Shown here: positions 13,625 to 27,900 of the stretch, piece after piece | Numbering within the stretch: the first letter of the stretch is position 1 | How the letters are laid out: each line of letters starts with the position of its first letter | Assembly (NCBI RefSeq): GCF_964355755.1 | Contig: NC_092680.1 | Location: forward strand, 2,728,001 to 2,792,000 | From: Antedon mediterranea | Taxonomy: Eukaryota; Animalia; Echinodermata | Direction: 5' to 3' | Length of the DNA stretch: 64,000 nucleotides | Position numbers and translations under genes: made by a program | The notes under the pieces: model-generated | Databases searched by the model: none | Told to the model about the DNA's origin: nothing | What the model saw: only the letters and a program-made list of their open reading frames with translations

Positions 13625-15298
13625 TAACACAGTAGTCTGGTTTGAGTAAAGAATTCTGAAGGTCAAGCAGTATATGTTGCCCTGGCAACCATGTCAACTG
13701 ATACACTGGGTCAGGTCAAAGAGGTCAATTTAGTAGGGCACAAAAAAAATGGTTTACCACCTAACCTTGCTTAATAGTGACAAACAAATCCATGTGGTAG
13801 GCTATGTTTTATACTAGATATGAATTATGGATTAATTGTTTAAAATTGTATAATTGTGGTATGAATTTAATTAATTTTTATTGATTTTTTTAAAAATCAT
13901 TTATTGACAGATTGTATGAACATGCCACTTGAATGAGATGTTTTAGATTGAAAATAATCATTAGTAATATCATTGATTGTAATTGTATTAATGTAAATAT
14001 CATATGTATCCGTTGAAACTAAAGAATACAAAGGCCTACACCAACCAACAAATGTCAGTTGACTTGGACTAATGATTGAAACAAAATAATGTGTGTTTTT
14101 TTAATGTACATTACTTTGTAATCACTTGCCTGGTTGTACATACAATGATCATGTAAATTAACAATAATTACTCGTCATGATTAAGCAGATCTAAGCTAGA
14201 AAAATGGAGGACAGAGACAGACGCGGAAGTCTTACAGTGAAATTGATGCTCTGTCTTGTAGTGGTTAGATCTATTTTTGTACGCGTTTCCTTCAACTTAT
14301 GACGTAACCTCTCACGAGCTGGCCTGTAATACTCTGTATGCGGAATATCAAGTTTTCAGAATATATTTTAAAGAATGAGAGAAAAAAAAGAGGGCATTTA
14401 AATGAATTTTAGGATATTGTTGGGTTCTAGTTTGAAGAGTTACTTGTTTGAAATTAGCTTTGTCACGATTGTTTTTAATTGTTTTTTATTTATGAATATT
14501 TTATTTTTTTAGCCTTGTATTTTTATGCCGCTTTTATTTTTCTGTAAGTGGTGCTTTAGAGTTGATATTATTTGTAGGTGTGTATGTGTGCCAGTTTAAG
14601 TTAAACCTACAGCAGTGTTATTTTTGTTTACATCCAGTTTATCTCATTACCAATTATACATACTGTCTACAGCTATGTATGTACCACTTGAATTGAATTT
14701 TAACAATAGGTTATCTTTTGTAAATGTATGCTTGTCCTAAGGTAATTGTCTTGTATATTTTAAGCTGCCCATTATAATAATTTAGCCCCAAGACAGCATA
14801 AAATGACATTTTAATTCAAAATGACTGAATTAATGTATAATTATTATGTAGTTTCTATTGTTTGTCATTCCAGACTATGTAAATGTTTTGGAATTTTGAA
14901 ATTAAATTTTGTATAGATAAATTGTATTATTGTTGTTTTATTATGATGAATATGTGAGTGCAGCTCCAAAGTTTGAATACTACTTTGTCATTCTTTCGCA
15001 GTAAAACGACAAAAACCAATTAACAAATAAATTGTATTGGAACACATGTGTTTATTGAATGCAGTGTCGATAAATGGATAATAAAAAGACTGGAACGAAA
15101 TAGAAGATTGTCAAGAACAGCGCCTCCAATTGTGGAAATTCAATTTTGTGGCGATTAGAAATAGAACAAACAAACTGGATGAATGAGCAACTTTTCTTTT
15201 TCACACACAAAAAATCGAAACCGGGTTGTGAAGATTTGACTTAATTTACATTAATTAAACACTCGATTTTATATCGTAGTATCCACCTGACCTGAAAT

Positions 15299-18200
15299 AT
15301 GGTAAGTTTATAATGTATGTAAAGATGAAACTCAGAAAATAATTGTTTATACGATTCTTGCAAACAAAATGTTAGGCCTTTCTCATTCTGACTGTTCCAC
15401 ACATGTTGGGGTAGCCGAACATAACAGATGTGACCGGGCATAAGATCGGTAGAAATAGGCCTAACTAGGGCCTAGGCCTAGCCGGCAGAACATTTTTTGT
15501 GATGCAAAGCAAAATAACTTTAGATAAATCACAAGTAAACATTTATACGTGTGGAAAGTAACAGTTTATGGTGGCCCAGTTTATTTCAAAATAAAATAAG
15601 TTCCTCTAGCCTATTCTATATACTGTACTAGGCCTAGCCTAAAAAACTAAGGCTAAGCTTACTAACTAAGGCCTAGCTAGCTAGGGCTAGGCCTAGGCCT
15701 AGATACAGTCTGCTAGATAGTAGGGCCGGCCTAACCTCCTCCTAGACTAGAGGCTAGCACAGTAACTTAGTACTAGTAGAAGGCCCTAGCTAGCTAGCCT
15801 CATATTCTTCTTTAAAAAAGGAATGAATAAATTATAAATTCTGTTTTTTTTTAATCAAGTCTCGGCGTTATGATTCAAGGACGACCATCTTCTCACCAGA
15901 AGGTAAGTGAATACTTGGTCCTTATAAACCATGATTGCAACTACCTGTTTTATTAATAGTGTAGGACAACGTTGGACGTACAGATACCACAGAGCTATTA
16001 CTACAAATGTTAAAGATTCAAATTGTTTTCTTATAAATTTAAACAAATATTTTCTACTAGTGTATGCCTATTCCAATAATATGTTAATACACTATGTCAA
16101 ATACAATATGAATGATTGATTGATTGAAATTTTTATACTGGGTAACCTCTTCAGTCAAAGACTGGTCTCCCAGAGGGCCCAGTTTGTGATCAGTGGTTGT
16201 GTTGTACTAATACACCAGGGTAACCCCCTACTCGTCTCGAAAGATGGTTCTTTAAAGTGCACACGAGCTAGATGTGTACACTGGACCTACGGTTTATAGT
16301 CCTTATCCGAGAAGACTCGTTCTACCACCAGAACCATGGAGTGAGTGAGCCTCGAACCCCTGCCGATGTTATGGCTACGTAATTATGGTTACACTGTCTT
16401 AACCGCTCTGTCACTCACTCATTCACTCACTTACAGGTCGATTATACCAAGTAGAATATGCAATGGAAGCTATAGGACATGCCGGTACCTGTTTAGGGAT
16501 CTTGGCTAGCGACGGTGTAGTACTTGCTGCAGAGAGAAGGAACACGCACAAACTACTTGACGAGGTCGTATTCTCTGAAAAAATTTATAAACTAGACAAG
16601 TATGTTCTATTTTTACTTGCTCGATAAACTTTAATTGCCAAACAATAACAAGAAATTAACAATAAGTATGGTAATAGAAGGATAAAAAACTACATTGAGA
16701 ATTTGGAGAAAAAGGACATTGTAATTATTACATATACTATCACCCAGTCTTTTATCAATAATGACATAATGGTAATTGATTTCTTTTTTTTATAGTAATA
16801 TTGCTTGCAGTGTTGCTGGAATTACTTCTGATGCCAATATTCTCACAAATGAATTAAGGCTTACAGCTCAAAGGTTTCTTATGTTTTTTTATAATTTATA
16901 ACTAAACTAAAATTTGATATTAATGCCAACTTGTTTTAGGAAACTATATTTAGGTAGTTACACATTTTTAAGTTAAGTTTTAATTACCTGATCCTTGAAT
17001 ATTATATCAAATTTTCATCATTCAAATCAATGATCAATGAAGTTACAGTAAAAAAATGTCCCCTTGATTAATAGGTGCGTCCCCTGAATAGAGCTCTCCC
17101 TGTCCCCTTGATTAATAGGTGCGTCCCCTGAATAGAGCTCTCCCTGTCTCCTTGATTAATAGGGGCGTCCACTGAATAGAGCTCTCCCTGTCTCCTTGAT
17201 TAATAGGGGCGTCCCCTGAATAGAGCTCTCCCTGTCTCCTTGATTAATAGGGGCGTCCCCTGAATAGAGCTCTCCCTGTCCCCTTGATTAATAGGTGCGT
17301 CCCCTGAATAGAGCTCTCCCTGTCTCCTTGATTAATAGGGGCGTCCACTGAATAGAGCTCTCCCTGTCTCCTTGATTATAATAGGTGCGTCCCCTGAATA
17401 GAGCTCTCCCTGTCCCCTTGATTAATAGGTGCGTCCCCTGAATAGAGCTCTCCCTGTCTCCTTGATTAATAGGGGCGTCCCCTGAATAGAGCTCTCCCTG
17501 TCCCCTTGATTAATAGGTGCGTCCCCTGAATAGAGCTCTCCCTGTCTCCTTGATTAATAGGGGCGTCCACTGAATAGAGCTCTCCCTGTCTCCTTGATTA
17601 ATAGGGGCGTCCCCTGAATAGAGCTCTCCCTGTCTCCTTGATTAATAGGGGCGTCCCCTGAATAGAGCTCTCCCTGTCCCCTTGATTAATAGGTGCGTCC
17701 CCTGAATAGAGCTCTCCCTGTCTCCTTGATTAATAGGGGCGTCCACTGAATAGAGCTCTCCCTGTCTCCTTGATTAATAGGTGCGTCCCCTGAATAGAGC
17801 TCTCCCTGTCTCCTTGATTAATAGGGGCGTCCACTGAATAGAGCTCTCCCTGTCTCCTTGATTAATAGGGGCGTCCACTGAATAGAGCTCTCCCTGTCTC
17901 CTTGATTAATAGGGGCGTCCCCTGAATAGAGCTCTCCCTGTCCCCTTGATTAATAGGTGCGTCCCCTGAATAGAGCTCTCCCTGTCTCCTTGATTAATAG
18001 GGGCGTCCACTGAATAGAGCTCTCCCTGTCTCCTTGATTAATAGGTGCGTCCCCTGAATAGAGCTCTCCCTGTCTCCTTGATTAATAGGGGCGTCCCCTG
18101 AATAGAGCTCTCCCTGTCTCCTTGATTAATAGGGGCGTCCACTGAATAGAGCTCTCCCTGTCTCCTTGATTAATAGGGGCGTCCACTGAATAGAGCTCTC

Positions 18201-20877
18201 CCTGTCCCCTTGATTAATAGGGGCGTCCCCTGAATAGAGCTCTCCCTGTCCCCTTGATTAATAGGGGCGTCCACTGAATAGAGCTCTCCCTGTCCCCTTG
18301 ATTAATAGGGGCGTCCCCTGAATAGAGCTCGACCTGTCTCCTTGATTAATAGGGGCGTCCCCTGAATAGAGCTCTCCCTGTCCCCTTGATTAATAGGGGC
18401 GTCCACTGAATAGAGCTCTCCCTGTCCCCTTGATTAATAGGGGCGTCCCCTGAATAGAGCTCGACCTGTCTCCTTGATTAATAGGGGCGTCCCCTGAATA
18501 GAGCTCGACCTGTCTCCTTGATTAATAGGGGCGTCCACTGAATAGAGCTCTCCCTGTCTCCTTGATTAATAGGGGCGTCCCCTGAATAGAGCTCTCCCTG
18601 TCTCCTTGATTAATAGGGGCGTCCACTGAATAGAGCTCGACCATAGTGTTAAAACATATTTCCCCTTGTTCATTTTACGAACAAATCGTTCTGCCTACTT
18701 TAGAAGAAAGAAGCAAGGAATCAGATTTGGTGGAGGTATACAAATATATACCTATCGTTACAAATCACCACCCTCACAATTTTTTCTCTTCCACATAGAG
18801 AAGGTTTGAGGGGCCAAAAATTGACAAAAGGCAGGCAAAAACAGAAGTTGTAAAACAATTTTTCGGCAATAGAATTATTTCTGATTGGAAAAAATTACCA
18901 GAAGATATAATTTCTGCACAAACGGTGGTATCCTTCAATGAAAAATTGAGGGCCCTTCCTCAAGGACTACAGGGCGTATCTACCAAGTAAAGTAATTTAA
19001 TAGGATATAAATAGAGATGTCCCAAATGTGAGGTTGTACTGTATTTGTATTTGTGTTGATAATAACTTATGTTTAACCTTAGGTATTTACTACAATATCA
19101 GGAGCCAATGCCATGTGAGCAACTTGTCAGCTCGTTGTGTGACCTCAAACAAATTTACACACAAAATGGAGGTAGGTTCAAATCTATTTTCAGATTTTAG
19201 AACAAGTATTGTTTTTTTATCTTGGTGGTTGTTATTGCTATTTGTTGTCATTTTTGCAACCACGCCCTCATTGTTACTATTGAGTGCATGATGGTATGCC
19301 AAAGATTAGAAAAAGAATGCAAAAAAAAAAGTAATTTTGTTTCTGTTGACAGGTTTACGTCCTTTTGGTGTGTCCATTCTATACATGGGTTGGGATAAAT
19401 ATTATGGATTCCAATTGTATCACAGTGATCCATCTGGCAACTATGGAGGCTGGAAAGCTACTTGTATTGGCAACAATAGTTCAGTAAGTATTTATGTATC
19501 CTTAAGATCTTTCTACACTATCAAACTAGTGTAACAGAATAAGTGCCCAAATATGGTAGTGATATGCTTAAATATGGTAGTGATATGACATCATCATGTC
19601 CATATATGGGCACATCACACTTTTTTGTCCCATAAAGTTTGATAGTGTAGATAGAGCTTTAAAAATTTGTAAACAAACAAAGCATAATCAACCTAAATTA
19701 AGTCTTAATGAACTGTTTGCACACTATTGTTTTGCATGCATGAGTGATTTCAATGGCAACTTTATTTTTAGTTATACTGATGCTGTTGCTTAGACAGCTT
19801 ACTGTGTATATATATTTTTTTCCGTTTTAGCCCTTATTTGTAATATACATATATATATATATATATCCAATCTGCAGACAGTACTGTTTCGATCTTATTA
19901 GATCTCGTCAGTGCAGCTCAGGTTTCGAAATGAAATGTACCGCAGAACTGGCACAATATATAGGCTGAGCCAGGTATGCGGGACATGGTACACTGATTAT
20001 GAACACAAAGAGTATATATATATATAATTTTTTTAGGCTGCAGTTTCTATGTTAAAACAAGAATACAAGGAAGATGAGACGTCGCTGGATGCTGCCCTCG
20101 CCCTATCCGTCAGAGTTCTCAGCAAAACCTTGGACATGACGAAACTAACACCAGAAAAATGTAAATATAAATGATTTCCTTAATACTTATACATTGCCAT
20201 GGGAAATTTATATTATGCATTATGTGTAAATTGTCATGAGGAATAACATAGATTCTATATTTTTATTACCGTCTGTGTAAATTGGCCTTGACCCATGGCT
20301 AACCCCTATTTATGCGACAAAGTGTACACTCCGCTTGTCTTAAGCGTGGTTCCCACTAGCGACGCAACACAAGGACGTAACGCAATGCAAGTGAATTGAC
20401 CAATCACAAGCGATGGCTTATTTGCTTGTGATTGCTAACCGTCTATAACTTCGCTTGTCATTGGTTAAAACGCTTGCGTTGCGTTCACGTCCTTGCGTTA
20501 CGTTCTAGTGGGAACCAAGCTTTAAAGGTGTCCCTATTAGAGGTTGTACTGTAGACTTTACTAATGAATGGAATACATTCTCTAATATAAAATAAAAATA
20601 CCAAGCTCATAAATATACTTTTATTCACATTTTCCTACTCTTTTTTATTTTTTTGTAAAATAAGTTTAAAATCCCCATGTAGCCTTTCAAATTGAACTGT
20701 TTTTTTTGTACTATTGTATTTTCAGTCGAACTTGCGACGTTAACGAGAGAAAATGGAAAAACAAAGATAAGCATTCTACCAGAGAAGCAAGTAGCAGCGC
20801 TCATAAAAGATTTTGAAGCGGATGAAGCAAAGAAAGAAGCGGAGAGGAAAGAAAAGGAGAAGAAAGAAAAGAAATAA
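15299..20877 (+). CDS. PSMA4: 20S proteasome subunit alpha type-4 (exons 15299-15301, 15860-15902, 16437-16599, 16796-16873, 19083-19171, 19353-19483, 20037-20160, 20726-20877)
   Basis: M|[78 protein letters not shown] and a KEKE C-terminal tail. The ATG lies alone at the end of exon 1. Confidence 0.97.
16112..16420 (-). mobile_element. Full-length tRNA-derived SINE with Deu/Nin-like core and (ATCA)n tail
   Basis: On the - strand: A box tgacagagcggttaa, B box ggttcgaggc, core ggataaggactataaaccgtaggtcc...gcactttaaagaacc...gagtagggg, tail (atca)n. Confidence 0.8.
17057..18640. repeat. 44-bp tandem satellite, about 36 near-identical units, in PSMA4 intron 4
   Basis: Unit tgt(c/t)ccttgattaatagg(t/g)gcgtcc(c/a)ctgaatagagctctccc; units are head to tail with no unique spacers. 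Confidence 0.97.
18641..18995 (+). mobile_element. CR1-type LINE 3' fragment
   Basis: Translates to [18 protein letters not shown] and [32 protein letters not shown], the typical CR1 ORF2 C-terminus. Confidence 0.75.
19872..19916 (-). ncRNA. Minimal type I hammerhead ribozyme within a (TA)n-flanked, probably Penelope-like fragment (~19848-20025)
   Basis: - strand reads CTGCA-CTGACGA-GATCT(AATA)AGATC-GAAA-CAG(TA)CTG-TC-TGCAG: complete catalytic core, stems I, II and III, and a GUC cleavage triplet. Confidence 0.88.
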
Positions 20878-21439
20878 TTTAAATGCATAACAATTCAATA
20901 ACCTCCTTTCTTCTGTCATTAAAACAATCCTTTCTCATAAGATATTAACATTTTCAAAAATAGATGGATACATTTCAGAATTGTTTAATATACAATACTA
21001 TTATTAGATTTTTTGTTATTAAAATGATTGGCTGGTTTAAGATTGTAAATTAATTTTTATATATGTTGTAGGTGCAGTAGTGTTTGCAACTCGATCATAC
21101 CATGTACTCACCAGTCACACTAAGGCTAAGGGAAACGGCTTAAAATTAAAAAAATCTTCCTATCTAAGTGAATTCCTTTAATATTATATTAACTTTAGTG
21201 AGATTGATGAATTCGGCCACAAGAGATTCATCTTAAAAAGAACCTTTGTCATATAAAAACTAATAGCTATTGTGACTGAAATAAAGTTTACAAACACAGT
21301 TTTGCAAATTAATTTTGTCAATTTAATTAAATTGGTTGCAGAATATGGATTGGATTTTCGACATTTGGCAATATTTAAAACATTTCCCTGTACTAATATT
21401 ACAGAATTGTTTTTAAAAAATGTTATTCTTATTTTTCGA

Positions 21440-21820
21440 CAAAACTAGTTACTATGGCTCTATAAGATGATGATAACACAATATATGCGCATATAGGGCA
21501 ATATTATCGCATAATTATTGAATTTTAAAAAGTGGATATTTCTCGAAAAAATCCCTGTACTATAGTACAGGGAAATTTTCGAAAAATACCCAAATTTCGA
21601 CCCTTTTATTTTTCAACATAACTGGTTACTATGGCTCTATAAGATGACGATAACACAATATGTATATGCGAATATAGGGCAATATTATCGCATAATTATT
21701 GAATTTTAAAAAGTGGATATTTCTCGAAAAAATCCCTGTACTATATATAGTACAGGGAAATTTTCGAAAAATGCCCAAATTGCCAATTTTTTATTATTTT
21801 CGACATAACTGCTTACTATA
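21440..21820. repeat. ~185-bp tandem duplication with internal palindrome (ccctgtactatagtacaggg)
   Basis: gttactatggctctataagatga...aaaagtggatatttctcgaaaaaatccctgtac occurs twice. Confidence 0.8.
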
Positions 21821-24800
21821 TTAGTTATCACTGACCAATACTAATAATACAAAATGATAACACAAGCTATAACAATAAAAACAATTAATTTTTAACCATT
21901 TTATTTTTTTTTTCATAGCCTTCTTTCTTTTTTTTTTAAACATTTAAATTGATAAATATATAACAGTGGTTTTCATTGTGTTTACTAAATGAATACAACT
22001 ACGTCTAGAAAATCTATAGCACTTAAGTATGCAAGAAAAAAAATAGCACAGGAGAAAAAAAGATGATGAATTCATATAAATTTCATCTAATGAGTATTAA
22101 ATATTAATTAGGTTAATATAACATGTTATATTATATTTAATAATTCAGTGTTCCTGCCACTTAATTAGACAAATTTTTACTTACAAAATTCTTCAACTAA
22201 ACACATGCTGTTTCATTATAACAAAAATACTGTATCAAAATGTATACAAAATTAACAAAAACAAAATCAAAAGATTAATGTTGGACCCTTTGTTTATATA
22301 TAAAATATCCTACCTGTACTTGATTAATAACAATGAAATATGTATTTAAATTTAAATATTTCAACAAAAATTACCCGATTTTTAAAAGTTTACTCCATAC
22401 AAAACTGTAAGAAATCATGTTTATTTACTTGTTAAATATATAAAAAACTAATCATATGAAAATTAATTTTAGTTCATACAGTATTATATCTGAATTTCAC
22501 AGATAGCATACTAATCTTAAATAAACAAAGCAAGACTGATGGTACCTTTCAAGTTTAAGTACAAGTCAGTAATGTATAGTTTGTAAAAAAAACCAAACAC
22601 ATTTAACATTATTAAACAAATTGTTTTTGATTACATTCATCCTATTCTATACATAATTCAATCATTTTTATTTATATTACCAAGCTAAATACAAAATGAT
22701 TCTATAAATGAAAGAATTTGTACAATAGGAGTTAACTAACCCCTTTCGGACTTTACAAAAAAGTTCAGAATGCCGGATTTTATCTAAATCCATACCCGAG
22801 TTAAATTACCTAAATTATGCCGTCAGTTTATTTGCCTGTTCTCTACGAAACTTTTAACAGTATTGAACATTATGCCCAAATATATACATGAGGGAATCAA
22901 ATTTATTTTAATTCCGTCATGATATAAATAAGAAAACCACACACTATGCTGAGTAACTACTACTGTACACTGGTCTATACAAACATATTTTCTTAAATGT
23001 ATAAAGCTCTGTCTACACTATCAAACTTTATGTGATCATATATGGACACGATGATGTCATCACTACCATATTTGGGCACATCAGACTTTTTTGTCAAACT
23101 AGTTTAATACTGTAGACAGAGCTTTAAGACGCATCGATTGTTAATAAATAAAATAGACAATTTACTGTAAAAATCTGTATGTACTCCAGTACCACAGTGT
23201 TAATAAACACATTGTATTGTGTATATTAACACCATTTCATTACTCAACTTCAAACTTGTTTGTTTTTTTTTGCACGAGTCAATGATAAACTTCAAAATTG
23301 TATGAACTATTTATTTTAAACAACACTTCTAAAGCTCTGTCTACACTATCAAATTAGTTAGCAGTGATATAAATATAGTAGTGATATGACATCACCATGT
23401 CCATATATGGGTACAGCACATTTTGTTGCCACATAAAGTTTGATAGTGTAGACAGAGCTATATTTACAGTATACACATTTAAAACACACTGAAGATCCAG
23501 TACAAATTTTAAATACATTAATACATAACAATCTGGCTTTTCTATCACAAATTCTAACAAATTAATACACTTTTGATGTAAAAAACTTACAAAATACACT
23601 ATATGGGCATAACATATGGTAGGGGCGGCAAACAAAGAGCAGCATACAGTACTGTATATAACAATATAAAACCACACTATGCTGTATACCAGTACAAATA
23701 TACAGCACCATACAGTTTGCAATACTTTAAAATATTACTGAAAGCGGGGGAAATATCAAAAGAGGTAATTCAACCCTGAGTTGATAATAAATGCATTTTA
23801 TTTCAAGGAAATTTTTTTTCTTAATATATGAAAAAAATTCACATTAAAGTGTGAGGAGTATAAGAGAATACAATTTTATGTACACTTATTGGCGTTAAAC
23901 TCACTGTTAGGGATTTTGAAAGTGACTTTGAAAGTGACTAGTATTGGAGACAAATTTAAATTAAGAGACCTTATTTATAATAATAAGGTTAAACAGATAA
24001 TCCAATCACTACCAACAATATTAGCTGTTCACAATAATGCCATCAATCAAGGTCAAATGGAAATGTTGCTGGCAAAATTTCACTATGAACATGGCATATA
24101 AAAAAAATGTAGTATGTAAAATGGTACAAAAAAACTTAGTTATTAATAATATGCAGGTTGATAATGTAATCTTTTGCATTTTCATTTTATATGCAGCAGT
24201 TATATATTATTATATAACACCTAAATAAATTCCTGTCATTTGATTGGACGAATGTGGGTCACATGGCGTGCAATAGTACGCACTATTCAACGATCGTTAA
24301 ATAGTACTTTTTGAAACATTTTTGTGTACGAAAAAAAACGTCTAGATGTTATATAAAACAAATAATGAATGTTTTGTATTCGTGTATTTTTTGTGTGGTG
24401 ATTTTTTTTAAATGTAAATTTCAAGCCATTTTCATGAGTAAAAAAATAAAATAAATTAGTTCCAACAACTTGAAAAGAATATGCAGATTCTGAGTAAAAA
24501 GGTCAAATTAAAAAGTCAAATGCAAGCAAAACTTTAATGAGCTTTCAGTATGCAGTGTTTGAATAAATATTTATTCAATAAATTTATTAAACCCAGGCAT
24601 TTTTAAACTAGACTCAAATATATTATAACAATGGATGAACTCCCTATTCCAATATTGCACAACTATACTGATTATAATAACCTTATCTCTTCAATAATAC
24701 CTTTCATAAATCATAATTAAAATACAATTATTTTACAAATATTTGTTTGTGACTTTTTTTACATAGAACAATGTTTTTTTTTCTTTATAAAAAGTGGGGT

Positions 24801-24972
24801 GTTTTCATATTAAGTAAAAATACCAAATGAACAAAAAAAAAGAAGAAATCACAAATAATGCAATGTACAGTAAGACTGTTATTATTGTACATGCTATTTA
24901 CATGTAGAAGCTCCTACTATTAACTAACAAAATTAGCAATGCTTAGACTGTCTGTGATTTATGTATAATATA

Positions 24973-27900
24973 CTATACTTGTTGTACAATCATAGATTTC
25001 TGTTCCGCCATGTCTGTCAGTCGCGTCACCTCTAATTGCCAATTCGGTATCTTCTTTGCCGTCATGTGACGACGTGCATGCTTCGTCAGGTGGTCGCTAC
25101 GCATGAATCGACGGGAACAGATCGGGCATTCAAATTTCTTCTCACCGGTGTGAGTTCGTCTGTGCCGAGATAATTCGTCTGATCTGGCAAATCGTTTATC
25201 ACAGGCTTCCCATGTACATTCAAATGGCTTCTCACCTGCAAGAAAATAATGATTACACTTGATGATGTCATATCACTACCAGATTTCGTCATATCACTAA
25301 CATATTTGGTCATATCACTAACATATTTGGTCATATCACTACCATATTTGTGCACATCATACTTTGTTTTGTCAAACTAGTTTCATAGTGTGGACAGAGC
25401 TAAATACATCTTCCTTCAATCAAAGGAGGAGGACTATGGGGGCCGCTAATGAATAAATCGTTACATGTATGAGAATAATAGTGAAAAAGTATAAAGATAC
25501 ATTTTTTTTAAATGAAGAAGAATGATAATTAAAATGCATAAATAAATTGAACACATAAACCTACCTGTATGTGTCCTGATATGCGCCTTGAGATGTGAGC
25601 TTTTGAAATATGTTTTCCCGCATCCGTCATAACTGCAAATATGATTTCTGCGACGCAACGTCTCCGCTCCCGTTGACGGTGAGATAGGTCTTGTTGTTGT
25701 CGGGTTGTTGACTGAAGGGGCGGGCGCCAAAGGACACATTTTAGGTGGACCCGAGTCCGATTTTGGGTTGTTCATAACAAACACAACGTTTGAAGGCAAA
25801 ATAAAGTTCCCAGGCAAGAGAATAGCTTTCATTGTGGGTAGTATTGCCCGGTTCACTGTTGTCCCATCATTAGTGGTAACGTTAACGGTGTGCATCGTGC
25901 TTGTTCTGGCCGCGGTACGGCAACCCACTGTGGTAGATGCAACAGTAGTAACAGGTGCTCTGTTTTCACTATTGTGTCCATTATTTTCTGAAGAGACAGT
26001 CTTTTCTGTTGAATGATGCGCTGGAACTGCTGTTATCACTGGTACATGATTGTTGAGAGGTAAAGTAGAACTACCAACATTACTTGAAACAGGTTTGTCA
26101 ACTACCTTGCTAGATATTGGACTGTTTGGAGGTGATGCAACAGATGCTACACTGAGTGGTTGTGGGCATGACGGCACATGTGTGACCAGCGCACTCTGAG
26201 ACACTGAACTGGACATAAGGCTTGGAGTGGCTTTTACGAGATTGCAGTCGTTGTTGATAAAAGTTGACATGACGTTTGTTGATGTGAAGACGGCCTTATT
26301 GCTGGGCAGATTTCGAAATGACAGCGATGAGAAACTCGGCAAATTTGACTTTGGTGGTGGCGTCAATGGCGGTGTTTCTAGACCCTGATTAAAAACAATT
26401 ATTTGGTTATAAAGCTATTTTTTACTTACGTAATAGTAAAACATACAAATTCATCATTATATATCTTATCATTTATAAATGTGCCAACCATTATTCTATA
26501 ATTTGTAAACTAAAATAAGAAATTCTTCTTGGAGGATTTATTTTTACACTTGTCAAATAAACTTCATTTTTATACAATCACATGACCATCATTTTTCTTT
26601 TCTTTTACTGTGTAAAATCTTGGACACATGCCTACTGTACATATCATTTTCATTAAACAATAAATGCTTTCAACATGAAAAAAAGAGACTGTTAATCTAG
26701 TTTACCTGTGACGTTGATGTTTTCTGCCTGTTTTGCTGACAATCTTGGCAAGAATCTTCTGACGGCAAACTCTCTGGAGAGGCTGGATAATTCATCGAAT
26801 AATCCGGTTTCTGTTGTTTTTCCATTTTGTTGAAAGACAAAAGTGTCTCTACAGCTGACCGTTCTATCTTTGACCGTTTAGCGGGAGATTCTGCCTTGCT
26901 GCACTCTTCCAAATTAATACTACCGCAGCAATCACTATCCTGTTTACAAAATTAAATGAGAAAAACATTTATAGTCTAACTAAAAATATATAATACTATA
27001 TTGAAACTTTTAAAGTACTATTTTTAATGGTACTGTAGAATAGAATTACCATCATAGCATTAAATTCAAGCACTGTATAATTTAATAACTGTTCATGAAG
27101 CCTCGTCACTATTTTATAAACAATTCTCTTTCTCTTTTTAAATGTAGTGAATTAAAAAAAATTACCTCAGATTTATTAATAGAATTGGAATTACCACTTT
27201 TTTTTACAATAGTAGTATTTATATAATCTTGTATTGTAAATATTTTCTAAAAATAGTTACCTATAGTTACCTATATACATAAAATATGTACTGATATGAA
27301 TTTCTCTAATAATTGTTCAAATTTACAACAAATTACAATATAACTTTGTCACAGTCACACAGTATTAATATAATTTATTTATATTGAATCATGGATAAGC
27401 CATATGTACTATAGAAATTATTGCATTACTGTGTACTTTGTATGCTTATGATCACACCTTCACTGAATGGTTACAGACAAGCTTCCGATTTGTCAATTGT
27501 TCAACCAATCAGAACACAGGATTACTCACACCTTCAGCAGAATGCTTGTTATTATTGTCAACAAAGGGCATGCCTCTCTCTCATCCTTGTCATTATTCAT
27601 AAGGTCGCAATGAGGTCAATGGCATTGAATTGTTGTTAAGAGCATGAATTGACTGCATGATATTATCAAATATAATGATGATGACATCATTCTTTCTAAT
27701 ATTGATTATGCAATAACTAGGCTAGGCAGTAAAATTTCTTATAAATTAATATCGAATATTTGGTTAAGAAGATCTTTGTTAAAAATAATAACATTTTGTT
27801 AATTTTATATTAACGTTTAAGATCTGTTAAAAATTAAATTTATGCTTTAGGTTTAGTTTTACACCTCTTATTTTTGTTGCACTTTAAAATTTATTTATAC

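Noticed and set aside
14186-14272. Hairpin in the DEK 3' UTR as a SECIS or miRNA precursor
   Set aside because: Pairing is interrupted, there is no SECIS core geometry, and the DEK TGA is followed immediately by TAA.
17057-18640. Regular 44-bp array resembling a CRISPR array
   Set aside because: No unique spacers and no cas genes; it lies in a eukaryotic intron and is a tandem satellite.
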